DNA of 64,000 nucleotides, taken from the human T2T-CHM13v2.0 reference genome, Homo sapiens. Location of the stretch: NCBI RefSeq assembly GCF_009914755.1, contig NC_060939.1. One strand, 5' to 3'. The notes beneath the pieces are model-generated. The model saw nothing but the letters and a program-made list of their open reading frames with translations. It was not told the origin of the DNA and ran no database searches. A program made the translations under genes and the position numbers. How positions within the stretch are numbered: the first letter of the stretch is position 1; the number at the start of each line of letters is the position of its first letter. Below, in pieces: positions 1 through 19,020 of this stretch.

Positions 1-2620
<2,620 letters not shown>

Positions 2621-2880
2621 GAACTCCATTGAATGTTTCTTATTTCTTATATAGTGGGTCTTCTGTTAATCAATTTCTTCAGCTTTTGTTTTGAGAATGT
2701 CTTTTCTAACCTTCATTTTTGAAGCATTTTCTTACTATGTAAAATAATGGAATAAAAGAATCCTGGATTGACAGTATATTTACTTTCAGCATTTAAAGAT
2801 AGCACTCCATTGTCTTCTTTCCTGTGTAGTTTATGACAAGAAATCTACTATAATTCTTATCTTTGATCCTCTGTACAGAC
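2621..2880 (-). mobile_element. Old L1M fragment
   Basis: T-rich sequence resembling antisense L1M (TTTCAGCATTTAAAGATAGCACTCCATTGTCTTCT). Confidence 0.55.
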
Positions 2881-3210
2881 CATGCCTATGTTCTTGCTAT
2901 ACCCTCACTGTATAGAATACAGTGAAGAATCCCTATTTCTCTTGTGATACCTTGTGTTTAGAATACAGGCTTATTTATCATAAGGTTTTACTCAATGTCT
3001 ACTCCCTACTTTGTTTTGCATTTTCCTCCTCAGCATTGAGTATTCCATTTGCACTGTTCCCTTGTAAGAATTTGTCTCTTGCAGTTCTCTCAGCTCTATT
3101 GCTCTACTACTTTTACTTAATGCTTGTTAGTCTGGTTAAGGGAAGACTTGAAGCCAATCCAATACTCCTATAGATTGTTTTTTGGATAAACATAGAAATT
3201 GACCCCTCTG

Positions 3211-3332
3211 TTTTCTTTTTGTTTTTTTTTTTGTTGTTGTTTTTGAGATGGACTCTCGCTCTGTTGCCCAGGCTGGAGTGCAGTGGCGCGATCTCAGCTC
3301 ACAGCAAGCTCTGCCTCCCAGTTTCAAGCGAT
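3211..3332 (-). mobile_element. Alu right-arm fragment (5'-truncated)
   Basis: T tail followed by GAGATGGACTCTCGCTCTGTTGCCCAGGCTGGAGTGCAGTGG, ending at CAAGCGATCC. Confidence 0.9.
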
Positions 3333-4019
3333 CCTATGAGTTCAACTTTTTAAGATTTCTTGTATAAGTGAGATAATATAGTATTTGTCTTTCTGTGTTT
3401 GGCATATTTCACTTATTTTATGTTCTCTTCTCTAGGTTCATCCATGTTGTTGCTAATGACAGAATTTCCTTCATTTGAAAGGATAAATAATATTTCATTG
3501 TGTATATATACCACATTTTCTTTATGCATTCATCTGTTGATGGATAGTTAAGTTGATACATGGCAGTGCAGATACCGCTTAAACCTATTGATTTCATTTT
3601 CTTTGGATATATACTCGGTAGTAGCATTGCTGCATGATATGGTAGTTCTATTTTTAACTTTTTGTAGAATGTCCATACTGTTTTCCGTATGTCTGCACTA
3701 ATTTACATTCCCACTGACAGTGTACAAGGGTTCCCTTTTCTCCACATTTTCGCCAACACTTGTTATCACTTGGCTTTTCTATGAAAAACATTCTAACATA
3801 TGTGGCGATATGTCATTGTGGCTTAAATTTGCATTTTCCTGATGATTGCTGATATTGAGCATTTCTTCCTATGTTTGTCGGCCATTTATCTTCTTTTGAG
3901 AAACGTCTATTCAGATCATTTGCTCATTTTTTAATTGAGCTACTTGTTTTCTTGCTACTGAGTTATGTTCCTTGTATATTTTGGATATCAACCCCTTATT
4001 AATGTATGGTTTGCAAATA

Positions 4020-4712
<693 letters not shown>

Positions 4713-5110
4713 TGTTTTCTTCCAATCCAGTGGTTGTCTCTTCACTCTGTTAAATTTTTCCTTTGCTGTGCAGAAGCTTTTTAATGTGATGCAATCCCAT
4801 TTGCATATTTTTGCTTGCCTGTGCTTTTGGGGTCATGTCCAAGAAACCCTTTCCCAGACCCACGTCATGGAGGTTTTCCTCTATGTTTTCTTCTAGTAGC
4901 TTTACATATTCAGGTCTCATGTTTAAGTGTTTAATCCATTTCGATTTTTTTTTTTGTAAAAGGGTGAGAAACGAGTCCAATTTTGTTTTCTGCATATAGC
5001 TACCTGGTTTTCTCAACACGCTTTATTGAACAGACTCTTTTCCCGTGTGTGGTGTTAGAAACTTTTTCAAAAATCAATTGACCATGGATGCATGTGTTTA
5101 TTTCTAGGCT

Positions 5111-5254
5111 TTTTTTTTTTTTTTTTTTGTAGTTTTAGTAGAGACGGGGTTTCACTGTGTTAGCCAGGATTGTCCTAATCTCCTGACCTTGTGATCTGCC
5201 TGCCTCTGCCTACCAAAGTGATGGGATTACAGGCGTGAGCCACCACGCCCGGCC
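5111..5254 (-). mobile_element. Alu left monomer only, AluY/Sc-type, with its own poly(A)
   Basis: Poly-T joins the linker and left arm directly; TSD TTCTAGGCT (5102-5110 / 5255-5263). Confidence 0.92.
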
Positions 5255-5900
5255 TTCTAGGCTATCTTGTTCCTTTGGTTGATGTGTCTGTTTCTATGCC
5301 ATGCCCTTTCGATTACTACAGATTTGTAATATATTTTGAAATCAGGTAATGTGATGCCTCCAGCTTTGTTCATGCTGCTCAAGATTACTCTGGCTGCTCA
5401 AGGTCTTTTGTGGTTCCCTATGAATTTGGGGATTGTTTTGTCTATTTCAGTGAAAAATGACATTGGAATTTTGACAGCAATTGCTCTAAATCTCTAGATT
5501 GCTATGGATAGTGTCCTGATATTTTAGCAACATTAATTCTTCCAATTCATGAACACAAGGGGTCTTTTCATTTATTCGTGTTGTCTTCAATGTCTTTTAT
5601 TAATGTTTTATAGTTTACTGTATGCAAATCTGTCACATTCTGGTTGAATTTACTCCTAAGTATGATTTTTTGATGCTGTTGTAAATGGGATTGTTTTCTT
5701 AATTTTTCCTCCTGGATCATTCATTGTTAGTGTGCAGAAACAAGACTAATTTTTGCACATTGATTTCGTATCCTGCAACTTTACTAGATTTGTTTATTAG
5801 TTCTAAAAGTTTTTTTGGTAGCCTCTTTAGGGTTTTCTATGTATAAGAGTATGTCATCAGCAAACAGAGACAATTTTCTTCCTATAATATTTGAATGCCT

Positions 5901-6259
<359 letters not shown>

Positions 6260-6552
6260 TTATTTATTTTTGTTGCTTAACTGATCTGGCTGATCCTTAG
6301 CACTCCCAACCTCCCTCCTGTGTTTTCCTGGCCCTCCCCCCAGTGGTAGGGCTTTATTTATGCTGTTACCCCCGTCCAGCTCCATGGGTTTTCTGTGAGT
6401 GCTCAATGGCTATAGTTTTTGTTGCCCTTTTCTCTGTAGATTTATCTATATTTGTTACTTAGGGGATTCATGAGGTTTATGTTTATTTAGAGGCTACTGT
6501 TCCTTTACCTAGCATGAAGCTTTTTCTGGAATCTCTGGAGTGTACCCTATGA

Positions 6553-6883
<331 letters not shown>

Positions 6884-7533
6884 AAGACCTAATGGAGTTC
6901 CTAGAGGAACTTCTGGGACAGAAAATCCATCAAGCAGAGGCAATCCCACTCCCCACATGTTTGTGGCCCTCAGGGGCTTCCCACTGTCCTAGCTCCCATT
7001 AGTCTCTGAGCTGAAACTAGAAATTCCAGTTTGGGCCTTAATTGTGGTATTTAAACCACTTATATTTCATGTGATACTGACATGGTAAAGTTTGAATATT
7101 TCATCTTTCTATTTGTTTTCTATTTGTCCTGTCTGCTGTCTGTCCCCATCTTCCCTTTAATTCTGCTTCCTACGTATTATTTTCGTTATTTTCTTTTTTT
7201 CTTTACTTATTAGATATAACTCTCTATTTTAGTGGTTACTTTAGAGTTTAGAATATACGTGTTTACCTTATCACAGACTACCTTAAAATGATATTATACC
7301 ACCTTATGTATACTATGGATAGTTCCTAGTAATAGTATGCTTTCTTTTTTCTCCTCTGACCATTGCACTGTGTTCTTACTTTTTATTTTATAAATGCTAT
7401 ACCCCCCTCTACAATAATTAACAATATTTGTTTTTACTGTAGTTTAACTAATCAATTATATTTTCAAGACATTTAAATTTTTTGAAAAAAAAATTCTTAT
7501 CATTTCCCATGCTGTTTTTCCCTTTGCATATAT

Positions 7534-7761
7534 CATGTTTTCACAACCTTGGCGCTATTCACACTGTGGGATAAATAATTATTTTTTGATATAGGGGATT
7601 TTATACTGTTCATTGCGGTATTTTTAGCTCTATTCCTGCCCTCTACACACAGGATACATGTAACAAATCACCCTCCTCCCCCGTCATGACAGCCAAAAAT
7701 AATTTCAGACATTACTAAACATACCTTGGGAGGCAAAATTGCCCCTAATTGAAAATCATTG
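7534..7761 (-). mobile_element. MER20 (hAT-Charlie) DNA transposon
   Basis: GACAGCCAAAAATAATTTCAGACATTACTAAAC...GGCAAAATTGCCCCTAATTGAAAATCATTG matches the reverse complement of the MER20 consensus. Confidence 0.85.
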
Positions 7762-8824
7762 GTGTCGTTTCATATTTCCATTTGGTATGAGTTTTCTTCT
7801 ACATTAGAAGATTCTCTCTAACATTTTTAAAAATTGTAGGTGTGCTGGTAATTAATTCTTTCAGCTTAAAAAAATGAGTTGAAATTCATATAACCTAAAA
7901 TTAACCATTTTAAAATGAACAACTCAACTGCATTTAGTAATTCAAAATATTATTAAACTACTACCTCTATCTAGTTCTAAAATATTTTCATCACCCTAAA
8001 ATAAAACCTCTTATTAAGCAATTCCATCCCATTCCCAATGACTTATATGAATTTACTTATTCTGGTTATTTTACATGCCTTAAATCATAGAATATGTGGA
8101 CTTTGCTGTCTGGCTTCTTTCACAGATCATAATATTTTTGAGATTCCTCTGTATTATGGAATATATCAGTACTTTGTTATATTTTATGGCTTAATAATAT
8201 TCCATTGCACATATACATCACCATCGATTCATTTATTGCTGGACATTGGGGTTATTTCTGAAGCCTTTTGGCTTGTGATTACTTCTGCTGTAAGTATTCA
8301 TATGCAAGTATTTGTGTGAAAATTTATTTTCTCATGGTGAGGAAAAGTCGCAGGATCATCTGGTGACTCTATCATCTGGTGAGGAAATGCCAGAATCTTT
8401 TTAGAAGAGGGCACACAATTTCATACTCTCACAAGCACCATACAAGTTGTCCAATTTTTCTGCATCCTTACCAACACATGCTAGTGGGTCCTTTTGAATG
8501 TTGCCATCCCAGGGGATGTGCAGAGTTGTCTCATTGTGGTTTTGATTTGCACTGTCCTAATGACTAATGATGTTGAACATTTTTTTAATGTGTGTATTAG
8601 CCATTTATGTTTCTTCTCTGAGGAAGTGTTAAGATCCTTCGCCCTTTTAAAAAATTGGTTATTCATCTTTATGTCATTTTGTTGTAATAGTTCTTTCTAT
8701 ATTCTAGGTACAAGTCCCTTATCAGAGATATGATTTGCTTCTAATACAGATGCAGATAATCTCAACAAAATACGAGCAAGTTGAATCTAGCAATATATAA
8801 GGAATTATACACCATGACCTAGTG

Positions 8825-8875
8825 GGATTGATTCCAAATATGGATTGATTCCAAATATGGATTGATTCCAAATGT
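8825..8875. repeat. 3 x 17-bp tandem repeat GGATTGATTCCAAATAT
   Basis: Read directly; the third copy has one mismatch. Confidence 0.95.
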
Positions 8876-9250
8876 GCAAGACTCCTTCCATATTTGAAAA
8901 ATCAGTAAATTAATGTAATGCACCACATCAACAGACAAAAGAAAAATAATCATATAATCACCTAATACCTTGCTACTATCATTACTTTAAACAAAGTTAT
9001 ATTTTAGATCAATGATAGCTAAGAAATACAGACAATTTTATTTTACCTTCATGTATCCCTTCTCTAACACATTTTCTTTCTTTATCTAGATCTGAGTTTC
9101 TAAGTGATTTCCTTCTCCTTGAAATATTATTTTAACATTTTTTACAATGGGGGTCTGCTGGTGATGAATTCCCAGTTTTTCTTCACCTGAGAAAGTCTTT
9201 ATTTCTACTTCACTTTCATTATATGGATAATTGTACAGGATATAGAATTT

Positions 9251-9557
9251 CTTCTCTCTTCTTTTCTTGTCTTTTTTGTGAGACAGGATCTCACTCTGTC
9301 ACCCAGGCTGGAGTGCAGTGGTTTGATTGTGGCTCACTGCAACCTCCACCACTGAGGCTCAAGTGATCCTCCCACCTCCTCTTGAGTAGCTGGGACTGCA
9401 GGCACACAGCACCACACCCAGTTGATTTTTTGTGTTTTTGGTAGATACTGGGTTTCACCATGATGCCCAGGCTGGTCTGGAATTCCTGAGCTCTAGCAAT
9501 CTGCCCTCATCGACCTCCCAAAGTGCTGGTATTACAGGCATGAGCCACACATGGCCC
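9251..9557 (-). mobile_element. AluJ
   Basis: Diverged dimer with GGCTCAAGTGATCCTCCC; TSD GGATATAGAATTTCT. Confidence 0.92.
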
Positions 9558-9965
9558 GGATATAGAATTTCTGGGATATAGAATTCATTTACATGTAAGT
9601 AGTTTAGTGCCTGTTCTCAATATTGGAGGCCACATCCCTAGGAGTGGAATTGCTAGATCATATTCCATGGGCCATTCTGTTTTACTTTGGCAGGAAATGC
9701 CACACATTTCCACCATTGATTTACAAGGGTTACAGTCTCTCCACATCTTCAACACTGGTTATGTTTTTCCTTTTTTTAATTGTCACTATCCTAGTGGTAT
9801 AAAGTGACATCTCATTGTGATTTTGATTTGCATTTCTCTAAAAATGAAATATTTTTAACATTGTTTCGTATGCTTATTTGCCATTCATATAGATACTTTG
9901 GAGAACTTTCTATTCACATTACTTACCAATTCTCTTTTTCTTCCATTGAATTGTAAAGGTTCCTT

Positions 9966-10330
9966 ACTATGGTCTGAATATTTGTTTTCCCACCTTGATT
10001 CATATGTCAAAATTCTAATCCCCAAGATGATGGTATTAGAACATACAGCCTTTGATTGATGATTAGGTCATGAGGATAGAACACTCAGGGAATGGGATTA
10101 CTTCCATTATAAAAGAGGTCCATGAGAGCTATTCATTCCTTCCACCATGTGAGGAGGGAGCTAGAAGGCACCATCTATGAACCAGAAAGTGAGTCCTCAC
10201 CAGACGCCAAATCCGCTGATGCCTTCATACTGGACTTTTCAGTCTCCAGAACTGTGAGAAACACATTTCTATTGTTTATTAGCTATGCAGTTTATGGTAT
10301 TTTGCTGTAGCAATCCACACAGACTAACAC
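9966..10330 (+). mobile_element. MaLR solo LTR (MLT1A-like)
   Basis: Runs TACTATGGTCTGAAT...CTCCAGAACTGTGAGAAA...ACAGACTAACACA, with typical MaLR LTR termini. Confidence 0.85.
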
Positions 10331-10356
10331 ATTCATTATATATTCTGTATATTTGA

Positions 10357-10833
<477 letters not shown>

Positions 10834-11149
10834 CAAGGTCCATATTTTTTCCCCCAACACCACCAGTCCACACTAGGAACACTGTCTCCATGCCTTCTGT
10901 AGATCTGGTGAATGAGGGATGGTCTGTTGATAAGCAAAAAGTCCATGATGCTTTATAACCAAAATTTAGCCATCTCTTTCTTCATTAAATAATCCTGATT
11001 GCTGTAAGTTGTTTTATTTATTTTATTATTATTATTATTATTATTTTTAACTAGCTTCCAAAATTCTGAAAAAGTTGATTCAGTGTTGCCAGCCTCATTG
11101 TTGCTTCACTAAAGGGGCCAATTCTTGAGCTACTCCAGTTTCCATGAAG

Positions 11150-12690
<1,541 letters not shown>

Positions 12691-13740
12691 TCTATCGCAA
12701 TATTTCTTAAGTCAAAATGACGAACACAGTTAACAAAGCAAAGATTTGTCATTACAGATTTTTAAAAATCCTTGAGAGCTTCTGAAAAGGACAACTGTCC
12801 TATTATCCTTACATTTGGTTTTGTTTTCCAGCTGGAATGCATCATTTAGGAACATTAGATCTCACAGTGCATTTTGGAACTCAAAGCCAAAGAATAGCAT
12901 CATTCACCTTTCAGTGATTGCCCCCTCCTCACCAGTGTTTCTTACTCAGTGAAACTGGCTTTCTTACCAATTATCTCTACCATTAGTTTTGGTTCTGCTT
13001 AGCACAATTTATTGTATAGACAATATGTGAGAGTTAAGTCAGGGTATTCCATCTCTTTATGTATCTTGCCACTAGCCACCTATGGATTAATGTCACCCTG
13101 AAGCCAAATGAAGAATGGCAAACTCAGAGGTAACTTTATTTTGATGATAGTGAGCTTGGGTTCTGCCTTTTTCATATGAATAAAATATTTTATGAATAAA
13201 TACCATATATACATAAATTCACAAAAACACACATATATCACTCTAGTTCTGAAATATTTCCTATCAACGAGAAGTAGTTGGACCCTTCTTTTTCTAAGTT
13301 GAGGCTTCCAAATACTGCTGAATTTTTCTCTTTATTCCTCTGAAATTCTGCTTCTACAAACAGCAATAATGACCAGATTAGAGGTTATGTAGGTGGAAAG
13401 TCCACAGGTCAAACCAACTCCCTGGGTAACAGAACAAGGGGTTCTTAAGTAATTTGTTTATGTTACTAAAGAATCTGCCTCCTTATACACTCTAAAGTAG
13501 CAAAAATGGAGCCGATTCTTCCCATTTTAACTTGTTCTATGCACCTCAAGCCTTGTCCACCTTTATTCCACATTTAATTTGCCAAACCTTGATGCTGTTC
13601 TGGTTGCTAGACCTTGCTGACTCCATAAATTCTATAGAAACATAATTTTTAATTATTTTACAAAGCACTGTTTACTAATTTTCTTTCATTTTAAAATTTT
13701 AAGTGATCTTCAAATGATGCAATGATAAACATCTCCATAA

Positions 13741-14077
<337 letters not shown>

Positions 14078-14526
14078 TGATTGTTGTCTTAATGCCAATT
14101 CCTGAATGTGAATGTGAATTTCTTAAAAAAAAACACAAAAAACAAAAACAAAAACAAAACGGCATTTTTAATGTACTTGCTAGGATTTGCCTAATTAATT
14201 CCCAGTGGTAAAGGTGCAAAAGATATGTTATCTCACCATCTTTGCAGTACATATGTTTTTAACATTTTTTGACAGTTGATATGTGGAAATGGCATGCCAT
14301 TCTGCAGTTCTGAATTTGCATAACTATTAGGAAGCTCAAACTGTTTTTCTTATATTTATTATTTATATTTTTGGTATATATTGTTTATGTCTTTGCCCAT
14401 TTATAAGAATGTTTATTATGTTCTTTATTTTAAAAACTATTGTTTCCTTATAAATTCAAAATATATTGTTAGAATATAAATAATTGAGAGAACACAGATG
14501 TAGAAAAACAGAAATTACTCCAGTAA

Positions 14527-14939
<413 letters not shown>

Positions 14940-15415
14940 TATACTACTTTCCAAATTGAATCTTTTCAAGTCAATATCTCAGACACTTTAAGCAATGCTC
15001 AATTATCTATCATGTTAACTAGGCAGAGATTCTTTAAAACATTTCTTATGGATAGACATTTAGGATTTTTTCCAATTTTTGCTAGTATTTATCCCCACAA
15101 TATACATTCTTATTTCTGAACACTTATTGTACACAGTCCTAGACAAGGAATTGCTGTGTTACACAATATAATTATATATTTTTTTGTGACATATTGCCAG
15201 ATTGCCTTCACATATGTTTCTACAAACCTGGAGATCCCTTCAATCTGGAGATCCCCACAGCTCACTGATGCCCACTTCTCCACACGTCAACACTGCATAC
15301 AGTGAGGTTGGTCAACTCATAATGTATGTCTCTTGCCTCTTTCTAAATTACTTTTAAAAGGGATATTCCCTGAGCTTTCCATGTGTTTTACTTATTGATA
15401 GTGTATAGATAGTAA

Positions 15416-15754
<339 letters not shown>

Positions 15755-16750
15755 TCCTTTCTTAATTTTTATCTGCTAATGGTATTGCTATTTTTTGTTT
15801 AGAATGGTATTTATAAATCAAGTTAACTTCTTGTGACTGATTCTACTTTTTAACATATAGTTAGCCTTCTCTAGCTTATGCTTTCAGCTCAGTTATAAAT
15901 TTAGGCCAGTAATGCACAGCTCGAACAATAGTCCATCCTTCAGAGTCATTGTCTTGGGCAGAGTCCTCGGTTAGTACCTCTGGAAACCCTGAGTGCATGT
16001 GAGAGGTGAAGCAGTGCTACTGGCTGGATTCGCCCGAGAGCCCACTCAACAGAGCAATGCAGCTTACTGGGTTTCAGTTAATTTTTATACAGATAGTTTA
16101 TGTAAAATGTATACCTTTTTATGAAATTTGGAAAATATAGAAAATAAACAAAACATTTTTATAACCCCCATGGTGCGAATCCAATAACTTTGGATTTTGG
16201 AGAATTTTCCTATAGTCATCTTCGCCACGTCTGTTTGATGTGCTGCAGTGCCTGTTTTTCTGTTTTTTTTTTTTTTTTTTTTTTCATCAGCTGCTCATCA
16301 CACATTCCACACTGCAATACAGCTCCTGCTTCCTGTGACCCTGTCTAAGTTGTCTTATAGCATATTCTCCTGGTCTGCTCTCCCCAACACCAGTCTCTAC
16401 CCAGGGAGAGACTGTAGAGTTAGGTTCCCGGACTTGTGGTTTCTTCTGCTATTTGGAGAGGGGAGATAAATTTACCTTTGAATATTCTGTTAGACCCACC
16501 ACCATCTCTCATTACTTGTCAACTCCACCCATTTATCCCCAACAAACAATTAAAAGGTGAACCTAACCTCCTCTCTCTTCTTTAATTTGAAAGGTTATTC
16601 ATGAATTGTAATCCCTATATACCTGTTAACTATTAACCTTCCACAGGGGAACCAATACTGCAAACCATAATCTCATAGCAAAATCACTAGCATGGAGAAG
16701 ACCAAAAATATTTAGAAATGAGTTTAACACCACTGCCCCCACCCCCCGCC

Positions 16751-16886
16751 AAAAAGAAAGAAGAAAAAGAAGAAAGAAGAGGGAAGATGGAAGGAAGGAA
16801 GGGAGGAAGGAAAGAGAAAGAAAGAAAGGAAGAAGAAGGAGAAGAAAGAAGAAGGGAAGAAGAAAGAATAAAAGAAGCAAAGAGAA
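16751..16886. repeat. Purine-rich (GA/GGAA) low-complexity tract
   Basis: About 135 bp consisting almost only of A and G. Confidence 0.95.
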
Positions 16887-17019
16887 GTTGATTTTCAGAT
16901 TTAATTCAGGTCTGTGTATCCTATCATTCTTTCCCAGGCACTGGGAATGTAATTCAGGGTATAAGTTAGGGCCCATTCTCTGGTAGGAGTTCTAGAATGA
17001 TCTCCCACAGTCTCCCTGT

Positions 17020-17180
17020 GTGACAGGGGGCAGGGTATCTAACCCCTTCCACTTCAGTCATCTCCTCTTTAAAATGAGGATACTAATGAAAAAATATCTC
17101 ATATGCTGCATAAAAATATGACAAGAGGTAATTGCCCGGGTCTGATTAAGTAATTTGTAAACAGTACCTAATACTATTAT
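17020..17180 (+). mobile_element. MIR fragment
   Basis: GGGCAGGGTATCTAACCCCTT...CTTCAGTCATCTCCTCTTTAAAATGAGGATACTAAT resembles the MIR core. Confidence 0.65.
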
Positions 17181-17489
17181 TTCAAATTATTCCAATAGTC
17201 CGAAGGCCCGTGTAACATTTACTTTCTGTATTTTGGGATTTTTTTTTTGTGGTTGTTGTTTATTGATTTTGTTTTTGTTTTTTAGTTGTTTTGTTCCTGA
17301 GGAAAAGGAATCATTTTTCTTTTCTTTTCAGATATGGTCTTTCTATACAAAAATTATATATATAGTTATATATATGTAGTTTTGTACAGAAATTATATAT
17401 AATAATATGTAATTTTTTGTACAGAAAGACTATATATATACACACACACACACAAAGTAACGTCAATTTTTCCTTTTTCTTTATCCCCG

Positions 17490-17750
17490 CATCCTCTGCC
17501 TTGGTTTAGAATTTCATCATCTCTCATTTACGCTATTTCAGAAGCCTGGTAACCCGTCTCCCTGGCAACAGTTTCCACTCTACTCATTGCCTAAGGACTG
17601 ATTTCCTTCTCTCATTCCATTCCCTCCCACTCTTCTATCTTCCTGATCAAATGAATTTCAATGCCACACACATAATACATGTTATAATATTGTGTTCCTG
17701 GCTAGACCTTATTTGCATATGAATAAATGTTTTTTGAGTAGATGAAATGA
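17490..17750 (+). mobile_element. Ancient L2 3' fragment
   Basis: CATCATCTCTCATTTACGCTATTTCAGAAGCCTGGTAACCCGTCTCCCTG resembles the L2 IISHLDYCNSLLTGLP region; tail-like ATAAATGTTTTTTGAGTAGATGAA. Confidence 0.55.
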
Positions 17751-19020
17751 TAGCAATATGTAATTTATATTCTGATTTTCACCTGGCAGTAATTTCACAA
17801 GCACTTTTCAGACCACTAGATAGACCTAGTAATTATTTTTCTAGGTAATATGAGTATCTATAAGGGAGAAAAGACCATTATTCAATTAATTATTATACAC
17901 TGTTATTAGAAATTCGGGTCACATCCAATTTGGGGGGTCATTTTAAATGATATTTCTTTGAACGTTTGCATATGCACTGGTATATTTCTAGTTTTTGTCA
18001 TATTTCATTATAAGATACATGGGATTGTTTCAGTGGGGCAAAGGGTGAAATATTTTTTGAAAATATGTTTTATGGCATTTGATTATGATGCCGTCTGATT
18101 TCCAAATGTACTGGCTCAATCAATACTGAACCTTGTGTATTATGGCATCACTTTGCTACAAGACATAAGATTTGCACAATGTCATCTTAATTTTGCATTT
18201 AAGGAATAAAAAGTTTCTTAATCTGATGATTATGAATTGGAATCTTTGCTTTAGTTTAATGATTAGCAAAGTTAAAATTATTCACATTTTTCACTGAGTG
18301 TATAATTGTACGTGTGTGTGTATGTGTTTTTCAAAGAGAGAGATTTGGACTGTAACTATTTGTATCCCTTAATTATTTAGTATTAATTTATTGTTATAGT
18401 CAGTAGGAACACCTGAGGGGTGGAGAGAGTAATGTGTCTAATATTTCTTGTGTTGTTTCCCTTTGTTTTCATTGTTTTGTTTTTGTTGATGAAGGTAGGG
18501 CTTTTTTTAAACCCCTTATAGTCTTTAATGCCATTTAGTATCCCAATTCTTGTATTCTTTTCCTTGTAAATCTTCCCTAAAATCATTTGGCCCTATTATT
18601 ATTATTATTTTTAAACATAGAGGAGAACAGGGGCAGTGTCATGATTTCTGGGTCTGATATTCTTCCTCTGTATTGAAGCTACTCCCTGCACACAGTGAGG
18701 CTCTCTATGGAGACCCAGTCCCTGTGTCTTCCCATGGTGAGTGAAATAATGGCACTGGACTGGTCTAGTCGCTCTAAGACTCTGAATAAATGAAATGTAC
18801 AGAGTCAGGCACAGCTTCCAACAGGTGATTAGCACCACATCTAGGCTTTTTTCCCCCTCTTTCCTGCACTTTCTCTCTTTCTTGTATTCTGAGTGTGGCA
18901 TGAAATTTATTTGATCAGGAAGATAGACGAATAGGAGGGGATGGGAAGGGAGGGAAGGAAATCAGTCCTTAGGCAATGCGTAGAGTGGAAACTGTTGCCA
19001 GGGAGACGGGTTACTAGGCT
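17543..19020. repeat. Inverted repeat with ~135-bp arms (17543-17679 and 18883-19020)
   Basis: The reverse complement of 18953-19020 matches 17543-17610 with about 3 mismatches; the inner portion matches with more divergence. Confidence 0.95.

Larger units (their letters stand above)
7030..9240 (-). mobile_element. Mosaic of old L1M fragments, including an L1MB-like 3' end (~7870-8740) and a plus-strand ORF2 piece (~8740-8960)
   Basis: Recognisable L1 3'-end and ORF2 phrases; ORF 8481-8666(-) translates as KKCSTSLVIRTVQIKTTMR. Confidence 0.7.

Noticed and set aside
16626-16976. Hydrophobic 116-aa ORF as a membrane peptide
   Set aside because: It is the translation of the GA-rich low-complexity tract.
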